NCBI GenBank assembly: GCA_050613775.1
Contig: JBODTK010000011.1
Location: 1,178,001 to 1,242,000, forward strand
DNA: 64,000 nt
From: Neocallimastix sp. 'constans'
Taxonomy: Eukaryota
Direction: 5' to 3'
Position 1 is the stretch's first letter; each line of letters begins with the position of its first letter. The notes beneath the pieces were generated by a model. It was not told where the DNA came from. It was given only the letters and a program-made list of their open reading frames with translations, and made no database searches. A program made the position numbers and the translations under genes. This document shows, in pieces, positions 1 through 11,369 of this stretch.

Positions 1-1839
1 CTACCCCCTAAAAATATCACTCAACTTAAATCATTTTTGGGAGCTGTTGGTTATTATCGGAAATTTATTAAAAATTTTGCTCAGATTGCAAATCCTCTGT
101 TTAACCTCTTAAAGAAAGATGTACCGTATGAATGGTCCGAAAAGTGCAACATAGCCTTTGAAAAATTAAAAATGTCACTAACGGTTGCCCCTATTTTAAC
201 TCCTCCTGATTATTCTAAACCTTTTATTATCCGAACAGATGCTTCCAGAGATGGACTTGGTGGAGTACTTCTCCAAACAAATGAAAATTCAATTGAAATC
301 CCCATATATTTTGAAAGTAGAACTCTTTCCGCTGCTGAATCTAATTATAGTGTTACTGATTTAGAAGGCAAAGCAATATTTCATTGTGTTAAAAAATTTA
401 AACCCTATTTTAGTGGAAGCCCTTTTACCACTATCGTTTATACAGACCATAAACCCTTGGTTAGTATATTTGCTAATAGAGAGCCTTCAAATAATCGCCA
501 CCTTAAATGGGTTACTGAACTATCAATATTAAATGTTCAAGTCCAATTTCAAGAGGGGAAGAAGAACGTTATTGCTGACGCTTTATCTAGGTTACCTACA
601 AAAGAAATACATGAAAATAAAGAAATATTAAATGCATTAGTAAACAATGATGTTTTATCCAATAATAGCAATGATAGTATAAATAAATTTATGAATGAAT
701 TTATAAATAAGAGAATTATAAATATTGATGGTGTGGAATATCTTAAACAAGGAGAACAACTGAGAAGAATAGTTCACAACAAAGAAGAGAAGCAAAAATT
801 AATCGAAGAAGCCCATGGTCTAGGCCATGAAGGAGCTTATAAAACTTATAGCAGACTGAAGAGGGATTACTACTGGGGAAATATGAAAAAAGATATACAA
901 ATACTAATAAAATGTTGTCACAAGTGTCAAACTTGTCGACCACAAAAATTAAATAAATATACCGAAAATATTGCAACTGTACCTGAATATCCTTTCTCAA
1001 GAGTTGGGTTGGATCTAATAGGACCATTACCTATAACAAATAAAGGTAATAGATATATAATTGTATTAGTAGATTATCTTACCAAATGGGTGGAAGCAGA
1101 ACCCTTACAATCTGCCGAATCTCAAGATGTAATAAATTTTCTCAAGAAAATATTTGCACGACATGGTGTTCCTGAAATTTTAGTTACTGACAATGGTCCA
1201 CAGTTTACTTCCGATAAGACAAAAGCATTTTTGGACCTTAACGACATTTATGTAAATTATGTAGCAACCTATCACCCCTCGTCTAATGGAGAAGTAGAAA
1301 ACAGAAATAGGGAAATAGGTAAGTATCTCAGGTTACTCGGAGAAGAGGATTCGCAGTGGGACGAAACACTTTATAGTGCTCTTTGGGCTTTAAGAACGTG
1401 CAAGAATGAAGTTACGAAACACAGCAGCTTTGAATTGTTGTATGGTCGGAGAGACTTACAACCATTCGAACTCACTGTTAATGTCGAATCCAAAAATGAC
1501 TGGGAAGACGAAGAAGAATTTTGGCTGAGGAAATTTATTAACCATGACCGTTGGATCCGTGAAGCAATAAAGAACATTGAAACAGCAAACAAGTTGTGGG
1601 AAGATCGTAGAAAACAAATAAAAAGAATGAGAGCAAAGTATAAGCCAGGTGATCTTGTTTTGGTCAAATTGTTCAACAGAAAGAAGCTGGATCCGTTTTT
1701 CACAGGCCCACTAAAGATCGTAAAACAAGAGTTCAATACAGTAACAGTTTGCGATCCAGTAACTGGGGAAGTTGCTGATAGGAACATTCATTTAAAAAAC
1801 ATTATTCCATATTTCACAGAATTGAATTTAGAAGAATAA
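1..1839 (+). CDS. pol: Ty3/Gypsy pol, C-terminal part (RT connection, RNase H, integrase); element A, runs off the window start
   Basis: RNase H motifs IRTDAS and YTDHKPL; integrase HHCC zinc finger (H-GLG-H ... CHKC), GLDLIGP, TDNGPQF, ENRNRE; C-terminal FTGP. Confidence 0.95.
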   Translation, partial: LPPKNITQLKSFLGAVGYYRKFIKNFAQIANPLFNLLKKDVPYEWSEKCNIAFEKLKMSLTVAPILTPPDYSKPFIIRTDASRDGLGGVLLQTNENSIEIPIYFESRTLSAAESNYSVTDLEGKAIFHCVKKFKPYFSGSPFTTIVYTDHKPLVSIFANREPSNNRHLKWVTELSILNVQVQFQEGKKNVIADALSRLPTKEIHENKEILNALVNNDVLSNNSNDSINKFMNEFINKRIINIDGVEYLKQGEQLRRIVHNKEEKQKLIEEAHGLGHEGAYKTYSRLKRDYYWGNMKKDIQILIKCCHKCQTCRPQKLNKYTENIATVPEYPFSRVGLDLIGPLPITNKGNRYIIVLVDYLTKWVEAEPLQSAESQDVINFLKKIFARHGVPEILVTDNGPQFTSDKTKAFLDLNDIYVNYVATYHPSSNGEVENRNREIGKYLRLLGEEDSQWDETLYSALWALRTCKNEVTKHSSFELLYGRRDLQPFELTVNVESKNDWEDEEEFWLRKFINHDRWIREAIKNIETANKLWEDRRKQIKRMRAKYKPGDLVLVKLFNRKKLDPFFTGPLKIVKQEFNTVTVCDPVTGEVADRNIHLKNIIPYFTELNLEE

Positions 1840-1856
1840 GGATACATATATATATA

Positions 1857-1900
<44 letters not shown>

Positions 1901-1905
1901 AACAG

Positions 1906-1948
<43 letters not shown>

Positions 1949-2061
1949 TAAATTATATTGAAACTTCAAAACCTCAAAATTGAAATTTCAAAATCTGAAT
2001 TTAAAACTTATAATTTTGAAATTTATTTTATTCATTACTTAACATTTGATAAATTTTATCT

Positions 2062-2095
<34 letters not shown>

Positions 2096-2210
2096 ATAAT
2101 AATAATAATAATTATATATAAGAACTGATTATATTAGATATAATAATAAAATATATAAACATAGATAGTATAGATAGTATAATTAACTATAATATAGACA
2201 ATATAACGTA

Positions 2211-2420
2211 ATAGATAGTATAATAATATAAATATTATATATTGAGTAAAATAATAAAATATTAATAATATAACAAATAGATAGTATAATAATATAAATA
2301 TTATATATTGAGTAAAATAATAAAATATTGATAATATAACAAATAGATAGTATAATAATATAAATATTATATATTGAGTAAAATAATAAAATATAGATGA
2401 AATAACAAAAAGATAGTATA
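2211..2420. repeat. 66-bp tandem repeat (about 3 copies) in the long 3' untranslated region of element A
   Basis: atagatagtataataatataaatattatatattgagtaaaataataaaat recurs at 2211, 2277 and 2343. Confidence 0.85.
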
Positions 2421-2907
2421 ATAATATATATTATTAACTAAAATAACAAAATAGATAGTATTATAATATAAAATAATATGAATGTTATAGATAGATATAA
2501 TAATATAATAATATATAAAAATAATAATAGTATATATTTTAAAACCATAGGTTCAACACTAAATTAAGACATTGATTCAAAAGATTATTTTATTTTTTTT
2601 TAATTATAATTTTATTTGGATAATAATGATTATAATACATATTAATGATAATTAAAAAAATACATGGCGAAAAGAAAATAATGTGAACATAATGAAATTT
2701 GACAAAGAAATTTGACGTTATAAATTCTAAATTATACGATATTTCCAAATATATATATATATATTTATATAACAAATGGTAACAATGAAATTAAATCAAT
2801 TAATAAAAATAATAATTGAATGTAATTATCAATTTAAATATGTAATCATCAATTTAAATATATTATAATAATAATAATAATAATAATAACATAATATACA
2901 TACCTAA

Positions 2908-2963
<56 letters not shown>

Positions 2964-3197
2964 CCATGAATAAGACATTTACATTGATAAACTTCACATG
3001 TTCAATGAATTAATAATTGACCAATAAAATAATAATAATTCATATAAAATTTTTTTTTTTGAACAAAGATTAATTTTAATTAAAAAAAAAAAAAAAAAAA
3101 ATACAACAAACTTGTAAATTTAAATGGATTTATATATATATATATATATATTTTTTAGGACTTCAAGGGACGAAGTCTAGGCTAAGCGGGGGCGTCT

Positions 3198-3744
3198 TGA
3201 TGCAGTATTTAAATAAAAAGAGAATATTATCAAGAAATAAAATTAAATATAATAAATAATTAGTTAAATTATATATGTATATTATAATAATAAATAGTAA
3301 TATAAAAATTATTAAATTTATTTAATTAGTTAATAGCCAATAGGATTTAATTTATAGTAAATTAGAAATTAGAAATATAAAAGAAAAATTATTATAATTC
3401 TTTAAAGAGAAGGGAGGTTTTTTTATTTGGAAAAAAAATAGAGATAAAATTGGTTAAAATAAATATATTTGGGGAATATATTTATTTATCAAAAATTTTA
3501 GTAGTAATAAGTTAGTTAGAAATAAATAATTAATAAGATCTTTAATAACATTTTATTATAAAATTTGTATTACGACATAAATAATTTAAATAAATAAATA
3601 AAACGACAAAACTATAATTTTTTTTATATTTTGTTTTAATATTAACGTGTATTGTAATTATATATTTTTATATTAGAATATATTTTTATTTAATACAATC
3701 TTGCTAACCACAAAAACATTGATACTTATAGAAATAACGTATCA
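3198..3744 (+). mobile_element. 3' LTR of element A (family G type, TGATRC...GTATCA)
   Basis: Follows the hairpin gacttc/gaagtc (3159-3177) and PPT-like aagcgggggcgtct; termini tgatgc...cgtatca; no second copy in the window, so the end is inferred. Confidence 0.65.
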
Positions 3745-4578
3745 TTAGTTGGATAAATAATTTCATTCAACAAAGTTGTTATATTTCTGTTTGTGCAAGA
3801 GAAACAGTGTGATATAAAACTTTGAAATATTTATTCCTGTCAAGTACTAATTAGTAAGAATAATAATTTAATTATATTATACATTTATTCATTAATATAA
3901 GAATACTTTTATACAATTTATAACTTATTGTAATCGGCGGCTGTTGGATGAAAAACTCCTTAGCTTAAGGCTTTGTTACAATTAAGTGTATATAGTAATT
4001 CGTATTTATATTATCGACTAAATTATATTATAATTGAAATTATAAATTCAAATTTATAAATATATACATATATATAGTATCTATATATTGATACCAAGAC
4101 TGTTGATATATATAGATATAAAAATTAGACGTTTATATTAGAGAATAGGAGAAGGATTGCTTTACACATAGGGAGGTAGTAGAGCATTATTGAATAAGGT
4201 TTAGTGATACAAGTGATAACAGAATAGAAAAAGTGGTAAGGTCCCGTGTTCGTACAGGCACACACTACTCTGTTATATTCACTATTCTGACGGTTCAATA
4301 GTGGAGGTCGAACGGCCCTGTAAAGAATCTGCGGATCCGAAAATAATATAAAGCTAATAATATATATATAAGAAATATTTATAAATTTTCCATATTAATT
4401 TTTTTTAATTTAGCAATTAATTTATTCCGTGCTATATATAAGAAATTCTAGTGTACTGAATTCCAAAAAAAAAAAAAAAAAAAAAAAATTTTTGTTTACT
4501 GTTCTTACTCTGTGGTTAAGTGAAATTGAGCCAAAGAAGAAAGACTACTATATTTTTTTTTTACTACCTGTTTGATTT

Positions 4579-4782
4579 GGTTGTCGAGGTGTATCTTGAA
4601 CCAAATAATTATCATTATAAGTGGTCGAAGTGTCATTCGAGCTTATAACCTTAATATAATTATATCTTCTATTGGTGATCGAAAGGTATTCGAACCAATA
4701 ATATAAAATTTCCTTAGGTGGTCGAGTGTTATTCGAACCTAAAAATATATTTCTTGTAGGTGGTCGAAGTGTATTTCGAACC
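4579..4782. repeat. Five degenerate ~23-bp repeats separated by AT-rich spacers in the leader of element B
   Basis: ggt(g/t)(g/a)tcga...tt(c/g)gaacc-type units at about 4579, 4621, 4674, 4717 and 4759. Confidence 0.75.
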
Positions 4783-5120
4783 TCATATAAATAACTATAA
4801 AGATATAATTTAATAAACAATAATTATAAAATATTTTAATCTTGGATATCAAAATAAAACAAAACAAAAAAAAAAAAAAAAAAAAAACAAAAAAAAAAAA
4901 AAAAAAAAAATTTTTACTTATTTTTTTTAATCTCTGAAGTGTTTGTAAACTTACCAATTTTTTTTTTAATCTCTGAAGTGTTTGTAAACTTATAAATTCT
5001 AATACTATATTATATATATCTATAACATACTCACACACACATAAAAAAAAAAAAAAAAATATTATTATTTTTATTTTGAATATTTTACCTATATTACTGT
5101 ATAATTTCTACTCAAGAAAT

Positions 5121-6080
5121 ACGGCTTCAGTTACTAATGATACTACTAATGTTCCTTCATTTAAAGATCTTAAAAAGGAACTAAAATATGTTGATAAATT
5201 AAACAAGGACCATTTGGATATAAAATCTTGGGCTTCTGAAATTGAGTTATGGATCCAATTACAAAATATCACTGATCCAAAAACTATTTTTGTTGCTTGC
5301 CTATTAACGTCTACTGGTGAACCAAGACAAATTATCCAAGAATTAGAACTACCTGCTACTACAGCAGAAGAAGATGTAGAATTGAATGGTTCCACTGATA
5401 CAGATGAGATGTCAGGATCTAACACCAGTAGCTCTACTAGTTCAAGTAGTTCTAGTAATGATAGTGTTAGAACTAACCGTTATCCTTCTTTTGTCGAGAT
5501 CGTCAACGCTCTTGAAGTATTCTATGGGGCAAAGGAAGATCAGAATACCTTATTAAGGGAATTGCGTGCTCTTAAAATTGGTAGAAATGAAAAAGTAAGG
5601 GATTTTAATAAAAGATATCGGACATTATATTTAAAATTAGATAAAACTCACAAAAAACAAATCAGTATCTTGGACTATGCTGATGCACTTGAGAATAATA
5701 TTGAGGCCTGGAAAAGAGTAACTTTAATTGATGATATACCACTTTCAAAGGCTTATGAAATTGCAGAAAAAGTGGATAGACTTGCTGTGAGGTTACATCG
5801 TGTACCAAGTCCTAATAGAAATGTTTCCAACAATAATAATAATAATTATAATAAGAGTCGTAGTTCACCACCAAGAAATACTTATGAAAACAGGGACAAT
5901 AGGAAAGTTTCTGATGAAAGTGAAAGGGAGAACCTTACACGTGGACCAAGAAACTCTACCGTCAAAACCTGTTTCTTCTGTAAGGAACCTGGACATTATC
6001 AACAACATTGTCCCAAACTACAAGCCATTATAGAAGAAAATAAGAAACAGATTTTTTCCAAAGGACCTTTAAACCAGTAG
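5121..6080 (+). CDS. gag: Gag of element B (start codon uncertain; ACG at 5121)
   Basis: CCHC knuckle CFFCKEPGHYQQHC; lies directly upstream of pol; N-terminus resembles element E Gag (LDIKSW vs RDIDSW). Confidence 0.88.
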   Translation, partial: TASVTNDTTNVPSFKDLKKELKYVDKLNKDHLDIKSWASEIELWIQLQNITDPKTIFVACLLTSTGEPRQIIQELELPATTAEEDVELNGSTDTDEMSGSNTSSSTSSSSSSNDSVRTNRYPSFVEIVNALEVFYGAKEDQNTLLRELRALKIGRNEKVRDFNKRYRTLYLKLDKTHKKQISILDYADALENNIEAWKRVTLIDDIPLSKAYEIAEKVDRLAVRLHRVPSPNRNVSNNNNNNYNKSRSSPPRNTYENRDNRKVSDESERENLTRGPRNSTVKTCFFCKEPGHYQQHCPKLQAIIEENKKQIFSKGPLNQ

Positions 6081-6117
6081 AAGGGAGAGGAAGCACTCCC
6101 ATCAAAAAAATAGCTTC
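6068..6117 (+). promoter_or_regulatory. Programmed -1 ribosomal frameshift signal
   Basis: T TTA AAC heptamer in gag phase, 8-nt spacer, stem gggag/ctccc, loop gaagc complementary to gcttc at 6113-6117; the -1 frame is open from 6068 into pol. Confidence 0.85.
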
Positions 6118-9100
6118 ATTAAAATATACTTCCAATTCTTCTGATGCAGAAAGTAAAGACTACAGAGTGGATTATACTATCAAAAGTCATGATCAGGTAG
6201 GAGAATATTTTGTCGGTGCGGCAAAAAGAAAACTTGATGAAAGTGATGTTGAGTTAGATAATGGAAAAGGAAGGAAAATTCATAAAAGCCTACGTGATAA
6301 TCCACGACCTATAAACACTCCTGCATTAAGAAAAAGAAAAGAAAGAGAATTGGAAACTGAAGAGGTGATACCTCATAAGAAACAGTTGCAAACATCAATA
6401 ATTATGCAACCAAATATCAATAAAGAAAAGAAAATTGAAAAAGCAATACGTGATAAAGAAAGATTTTTGAAATCTAGTACTAATTCTAAAGAATTCGAAA
6501 CTGCATCATCCAGTCAGTCTAATGTAAACTTAATTACTAATAAAGAGGAAATAACTTCAAAAGTTGATAATGTAGAAGCTCCAAGGGAAATTAACCAAAC
6601 TAGAGAAAGAAAAAAAGACAAAAATAATAATAATAATACTAGTAATCCTAATAATAGTAACAACGGAACTATTAGAAAAACCCCAGTCGTAAATGATATT
6701 AATAATAATAATACTATTAATATTAATAATAATGAAACTATTATCGATAATAATCATGTAACGAATAATAAAAATATATTAAATAAATTAATTAATACAG
6801 ATGGTATTAATAATAATAATAATAATGATAATAATAATAGTATGAAAATACCTCGGGTAAATCGAATTATTAAAATGCTTTCTAATTATAAGGAATATGA
6901 TGTATGGGATGATTTAAGCAATACCAAGTGTAATATTACCTTTGGACAGCTTTGGAATGCTGCGCCTAAAATAAGAAGTCAAGTTTCCCAAGGTTTAAAA
7001 CTAGTAAAAGCCACCACTAATGTTGTTGGCGCTATTAATAATGTAGTTGCTACTACAACATTAGTTAATAATGTTGATCATAACTATAAAAGTAAAAGTA
7101 CAGAAATAACAGAGGAGGATATTGCAATGGTAGATGCCTCTGTTGATGGTGTATCTGGAAAATTACTTATTGATACGTGTAGTAATTTAAATATTATGTC
7201 ACAAAAATATTATAATTCTCTACCATACCAATATACCGTTGTTGGTCATAGTTGTGGTAGAATAATGCTTGCCACTAGAGACGATGAATACTCTGAAGGA
7301 ATAGTCGTTAGGATACCTGTGAAAATTAATGAGCTTTCATTGTTAATTGATTTCCGAATTGTAGAAAAAGAGGAACCATTTTATGACATGCTAATTAATT
7401 TAAAAACTATAGTTGATAATAGATTATTTATTAATCCCTTAAATAATTGCTTATGTAAATATAACATGGATGGTACTATCAGTTCTATTACACCAATAAA
7501 TAATTCTGCAATTGACGAAAAATATATTTGTAGTGTTAACAAATTACTTGAGGATAATAGTAAGGAAAAATATGCTGGTGGGGAATTAAAGAAATTAGAA
7601 GGATTACCACCTATGGAATATATACATAATACAATATTTATGAATACTCTAAATGAAAAATATAGAACTGATATAATACACCTATTAGAGGACAATATAG
7701 AAATTGTTGCTACGTCGTCTGAGGAATTAACACCATCATTGCTTTCACCACACAAAATAAATCTAAAAGCTGGTACCAAACCTATAAAACAAAGAGCTTA
7801 TCGGCTAACAAAATTAAAGACAAATATTTTAAAGGAAGAATTAACTAAGTTAATTAATAAAAAGTTAATTGAGCCTTCAAATTCTGAATGGTCTTCGCCT
7901 ATTGTTCTAGTACCAAAGCCTAATGGGAAATGGCGTATGTGTGTAGATTATAGGAAGGTTAATGATTCTACTATAAAGGATTCTTATTCTATACCATACA
8001 TTGATGAAATTTTTGATAGTCTCAATGGTGCAACTATCTTCACTACCATTGACTTATACTCTGGATATCACCAAATTTTAATGGAGGAAGAAAGTATTGG
8101 TATAACAACTTTCACCACTAAGTTTGGTAACTACCAATTTAAAGTTATGCCATTTGGTTTAACCAACGCTCCTGCAACCTTTCAAAGAGAAATGAATAGA
8201 ATCCTATTTCCTTTAATAGGAAAGTGTGTTTATAATTTTATCGATGATATACTTATATACTCTAAAACAGTTGAAGAACACCTCCAACATATTCAACAAG
8301 TTTTATCCATACTCAAAGAAAATAGATTAAAACTTAATATTGAAAAGTGTCACTTCATGAAAACAGAAGTGAATGTTTTGGGGCATAGATTAACCACTAA
8401 AGGCTTAAAACCTCTTGATAGTAAAATCGAGGTTATCAGAGATTGGAAACCCCCTCAGGACATCCATGAATTACGTTCATTTTTAGGAGCTGTTGGATAC
8501 TATAGAAATTTCATCGATAAATATTCACAAATTACTGCGTGTTTGTGTAAATTATTAAGGAAAGGTGTGAAGTATGTTTGGACTAGTGAACACCAAAAAT
8601 CGTTTGAAGTACTGAAAGAAAAACTAATAAATGCACCCATATTAAGTTTCCCTCAGTTTGATAAAGAATTTATTATACGTACCGATGCTTCTTATGATGG
8701 AATAGGAGGTGTGTTATTACAAAAAGATAATGAAACTGGAAAAGAACACCCTATTCACTTTATTAGTAGAAGTTTGACCAGAGCAGAAAAGCATTATGGT
8801 ATAACGGACCTAGAAGGTGCTGCCCTATATTATTGTATAACTAAATTAAAACCGTATATAGATGGAAATCCAATACCAACTATTGTATATACGGACCATA
8901 AACCGTTACTAGGGTTGTTCAAAAATAAGGAACCACATAATGCAAGGCAAACTAGATGGTGTTTGACAGCTAGTATGCTTGGTGTAGACATTAGATATGA
9001 AACCGGTAAAAAGAATGTGCTTGCTGATGCCCTATCCCGAATGAAAAATAATAAAGAAAATGTAGTTTTAGCTACGAAAATAATTAACCATGATATTACG

Positions 9101-10276
9101 AATGATGAAAATGAAGCCTTATTATCCAAAGTAATACATGATTTTATCAATGAAAAATTCACCACTATTGATGGTATTGACTACTTTATTGATGGTAACA
9201 ATTATAGAAAATTAGTAACCGATCTTAATGAAAGAATAAAATTAATATTAGAGGCTCATAATATTGGACACGATGGTTATTATAAGACTTATCAACGTTT
9301 ACGTAAGAGTTATTATTGGAACGACATGGTGAATGATGTTAAACGTGTTGTCAGTAAGTGTGAAAAATGTCAATTAAATCGACCACAACCTTATCCAGAG
9401 CCTACAGAAAATCTACCTACTAAAGTGGAAGGACCTTTTGTACATCTTGGTTTGGACATTATCGGTCCACTGGTTAAAACTAGAAGTAATAATCAATATA
9501 TAATAGTAGCTGTTGATTATTTCACTAAGTGGGTAGAAGCAGAACCCACTGAAAATATCACTTCTAAAGACGTAATTAAGTTCCTTATTAACGTATTTTC
9601 TCGTCATGGAGTTCCCCAAGTAATTACCACCGATAATGGTGCCCAATTTACATCAGATATGACTAAAATATTTTTAGATCTATATGATGTATATATAAAA
9701 TTTGTTACAACATATCATCCCGAATCTAATGGACTTACGGAAAATCGTAATAAAGAAATTGGTAAACTCCTTAGATTGCTTGGGACGAAAAATAAAGATT
9801 GGGATGAGGTATTACCCTCTGCTCTCTGGGCTTTAAGAACTGTTAAAAATAGTACCACTAACCATTCTAGTTTTGAATTAGTTTATGGTCGTGAAGACCA
9901 ACAACCTTTTGATATAGCTGCAAGACCGACTAAAGGTATAAATAAATCTTCTGATGAAATTCTATTGGAAAAGTTTATATCTCATTATAGATGGACCATA
10001 GAAGCATCAGAAAATGTGAAAAATGCAAATAAATATTGGGCTGTTAGACGAGAAGAAAAACAAAGTATGAATCAGGCTAAGGAAATCAAGGAGGGAGATT
10101 TAGTCCTAGTTAGAAACTTTAGTAGAACTAAACTAGAACCTTATTTTAATGGACCTTTAAAAGTAATCAAGAAAAAGTTTAATACAGTTACGTTAGCTGA
10201 TCCAAATTCAGGAATATTATTAAATCGGAATGTACACCTCAAAAATATAGTAAAATATAACTCAGCTACAATATAG
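6068..10276 (+). CDS. pol: Pol of element B (protease, RT, RNase H, integrase), uninterrupted
   Basis: LIDTCS protease, MPFGL and FIDD RT, IRTDAS RNase H, HHCC plus DDE integrase; Gypsy domain order; no chromodomain. Confidence 0.96.
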   Translation, partial: FKPVEGRGSTPIKKIASLKYTSNSSDAESKDYRVDYTIKSHDQVGEYFVGAAKRKLDESDVELDNGKGRKIHKSLRDNPRPINTPALRKRKERELETEEVIPHKKQLQTSIIMQPNINKEKKIEKAIRDKERFLKSSTNSKEFETASSSQSNVNLITNKEEITSKVDNVEAPREINQTRERKKDKNNNNNTSNPNNSNNGTIRKTPVVNDINNNNTININNNETIIDNNHVTNNKNILNKLINTDGINNNNNNDNNNSMKIPRVNRIIKMLSNYKEYDVWDDLSNTKCNITFGQLWNAAPKIRSQVSQGLKLVKATTNVVGAINNVVATTTLVNNVDHNYKSKSTEITEEDIAMVDASVDGVSGKLLIDTCSNLNIMSQKYYNSLPYQYTVVGHSCGRIMLATRDDEYSEGIVVRIPVKINELSLLIDFRIVEKEEPFYDMLINLKTIVDNRLFINPLNNCLCKYNMDGTISSITPINNSAIDEKYICSVNKLLEDNSKEKYAGGELKKLEGLPPMEYIHNTIFMNTLNEKYRTDIIHLLEDNIEIVATSSEELTPSLLSPHKINLKAGTKPIKQRAYRLTKLKTNILKEELTKLINKKLIEPSNSEWSSPIVLVPKPNGKWRMCVDYRKVNDSTIKDSYSIPYIDEIFDSLNGATIFTTIDLYSGYHQILMEEESIGITTFTTKFGNYQFKVMPFGLTNAPATFQREMNRILFPLIGKCVYNFIDDILIYSKTVEEHLQHIQQVLSILKENRLKLNIEKCHFMKTEVNVLGHRLTTKGLKPLDSKIEVIRDWKPPQDIHELRSFLGAVGYYRNFIDKYSQITACLCKLLRKGVKYVWTSEHQKSFEVLKEKLINAPILSFPQFDKEFIIRTDASYDGIGGVLLQKDNETGKEHPIHFISRSLTRAEKHYGITDLEGAALYYCITKLKPYIDGNPIPTIVYTDHKPLLGLFKNKEPHNARQTRWCLTASMLGVDIRYETGKKNVLADALSRMKNNKENVVLATKIINHDITNDENEALLSKVIHDFINEKFTTIDGIDYFIDGNNYRKLVTDLNERIKLILEAHNIGHDGYYKTYQRLRKSYYWNDMVNDVKRVVSKCEKCQLNRPQPYPEPTENLPTKVEGPFVHLGLDIIGPLVKTRSNNQYIIVAVDYFTKWVEAEPTENITSKDVIKFLINVFSRHGVPQVITTDNGAQFTSDMTKIFLDLYDVYIKFVTTYHPESNGLTENRNKEIGKLLRLLGTKNKDWDEVLPSALWALRTVKNSTTNHSSFELVYGREDQQPFDIAARPTKGINKSSDEILLEKFISHYRWTIEASENVKNANKYWAVRREEKQSMNQAKEIKEGDLVLVRNFSRTKLEPYFNGPLKVIKKKFNTVTLADPNSGILLNRNVHLKNIVKYNSATI

Positions 10277-10299
10277 CTTGAGTCTTAGCGGGGGCATCG

Positions 10300-11363
10300 T
10301 GATAAAGAATGAAGTAATAAATTGATTCTTATTAAAAACCTTTTAATATAGTCAAGGTGATTTTTAAAATATTAATAAATTTATGTATTCTTTACATTAA
10401 TAATTTTACTATATTATTTGATCTGAAAATTTAAGTTTATACATAAAATTTAATTTAAATTTATGTTCATTCCTTATAAAGGTAAATTAAATTTATGAGA
10501 GTTTAGCAATAACATAGTACTAATTACTTTTAGTATTATTTTTCTAAATAAGGAATAATTCCTGTATATAAACAACTTAAATAACTTTATCAATATTTCT
10601 GTCTTTCGAATTAAGAAATAATTGAAATGAAAGAAATAAATAAAATAAAATTTTCTGTATTTAAAATTGTAAAAGATTTTTCATATATTAATAAATGTAT
10701 TTTATTTTCTATTATGTCATTCAAATTAATATATAAGATTACATATTAAATTAGTATCAAAATTAAGTTAAAGTATTCAATTTTATTGTAATACTGCTTC
10801 TCTTTTTTTTTGTTTAATTCTTATCTATAATGCATCTTTTATATTATAGATTTATTTTGGTTAATTTGAATATTGGGAAATAATAAAATTTCTATTTATT
10901 ACAATAAGGAAATAATCAATAAGATTTAAAAATCTATTGTTTTTCCGTCTCTTCAACCACTTCCAGAGGCTTTGCTACTTTTATATCTTCAAAAAGATAT
11001 AAATTGACTACCTTGGAACCCCTTTTTAGGGGAGAGAGAAAAAAAAAAAAAAAAAAAATAGAAATAATAAAAATAAATAAATAAAAAAAAAAAAAAAAAA
11101 AAGAAAATAAAAATAAATAAAAATAATAATAAAAATAAAATAAAAATAATAATAAAAATAAAATAAAAATAAAATAAATAAATAAAAATAATAATAAAAA
11201 TAAAATAAAAATAAAATAAATAAATAAAAATAATAATAAAAATAAAATAAAAATTAAAATAAAAATATAATAAATAAATAAAAATTATTGTGAAAGAATA
11301 AAATTTTTTTTTTGTGTTTTAATATTATATAATTTTTTTTTTTGAATTCCTCGAACCATAACA
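10300..11363 (+). mobile_element. 3' LTR of element B (family F, TGATAA(A)GAAT...AACCWWAACA)
   Basis: Begins after PPT-like agcgggggcatcg; termini match other F copies (20190-21007, 32071-32590, 36766-37740). Confidence 0.7.
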
Positions 11364-11369
11364 CTTTTT

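Noticed and set aside
1858..2092. Long poly(A) runs as retroposed poly(A) tails
   Set aside because: Such runs occur throughout this AT-rich DNA with no associated TSD or LINE sequence; lengths may also be sequencing-uncertain
4579..4782. CRISPR array call
   Set aside because: Repeats too degenerate, spacers low-complexity, no cas genes; kept only as a possible cis element
10300..10592. Alternative short 3' LTR for element B (tgataaag...ctttatca)
   Set aside because: Related element D and other F copies end in aaccwwaaca, which points to 11363; cannot be fully excluded without the 5' LTR
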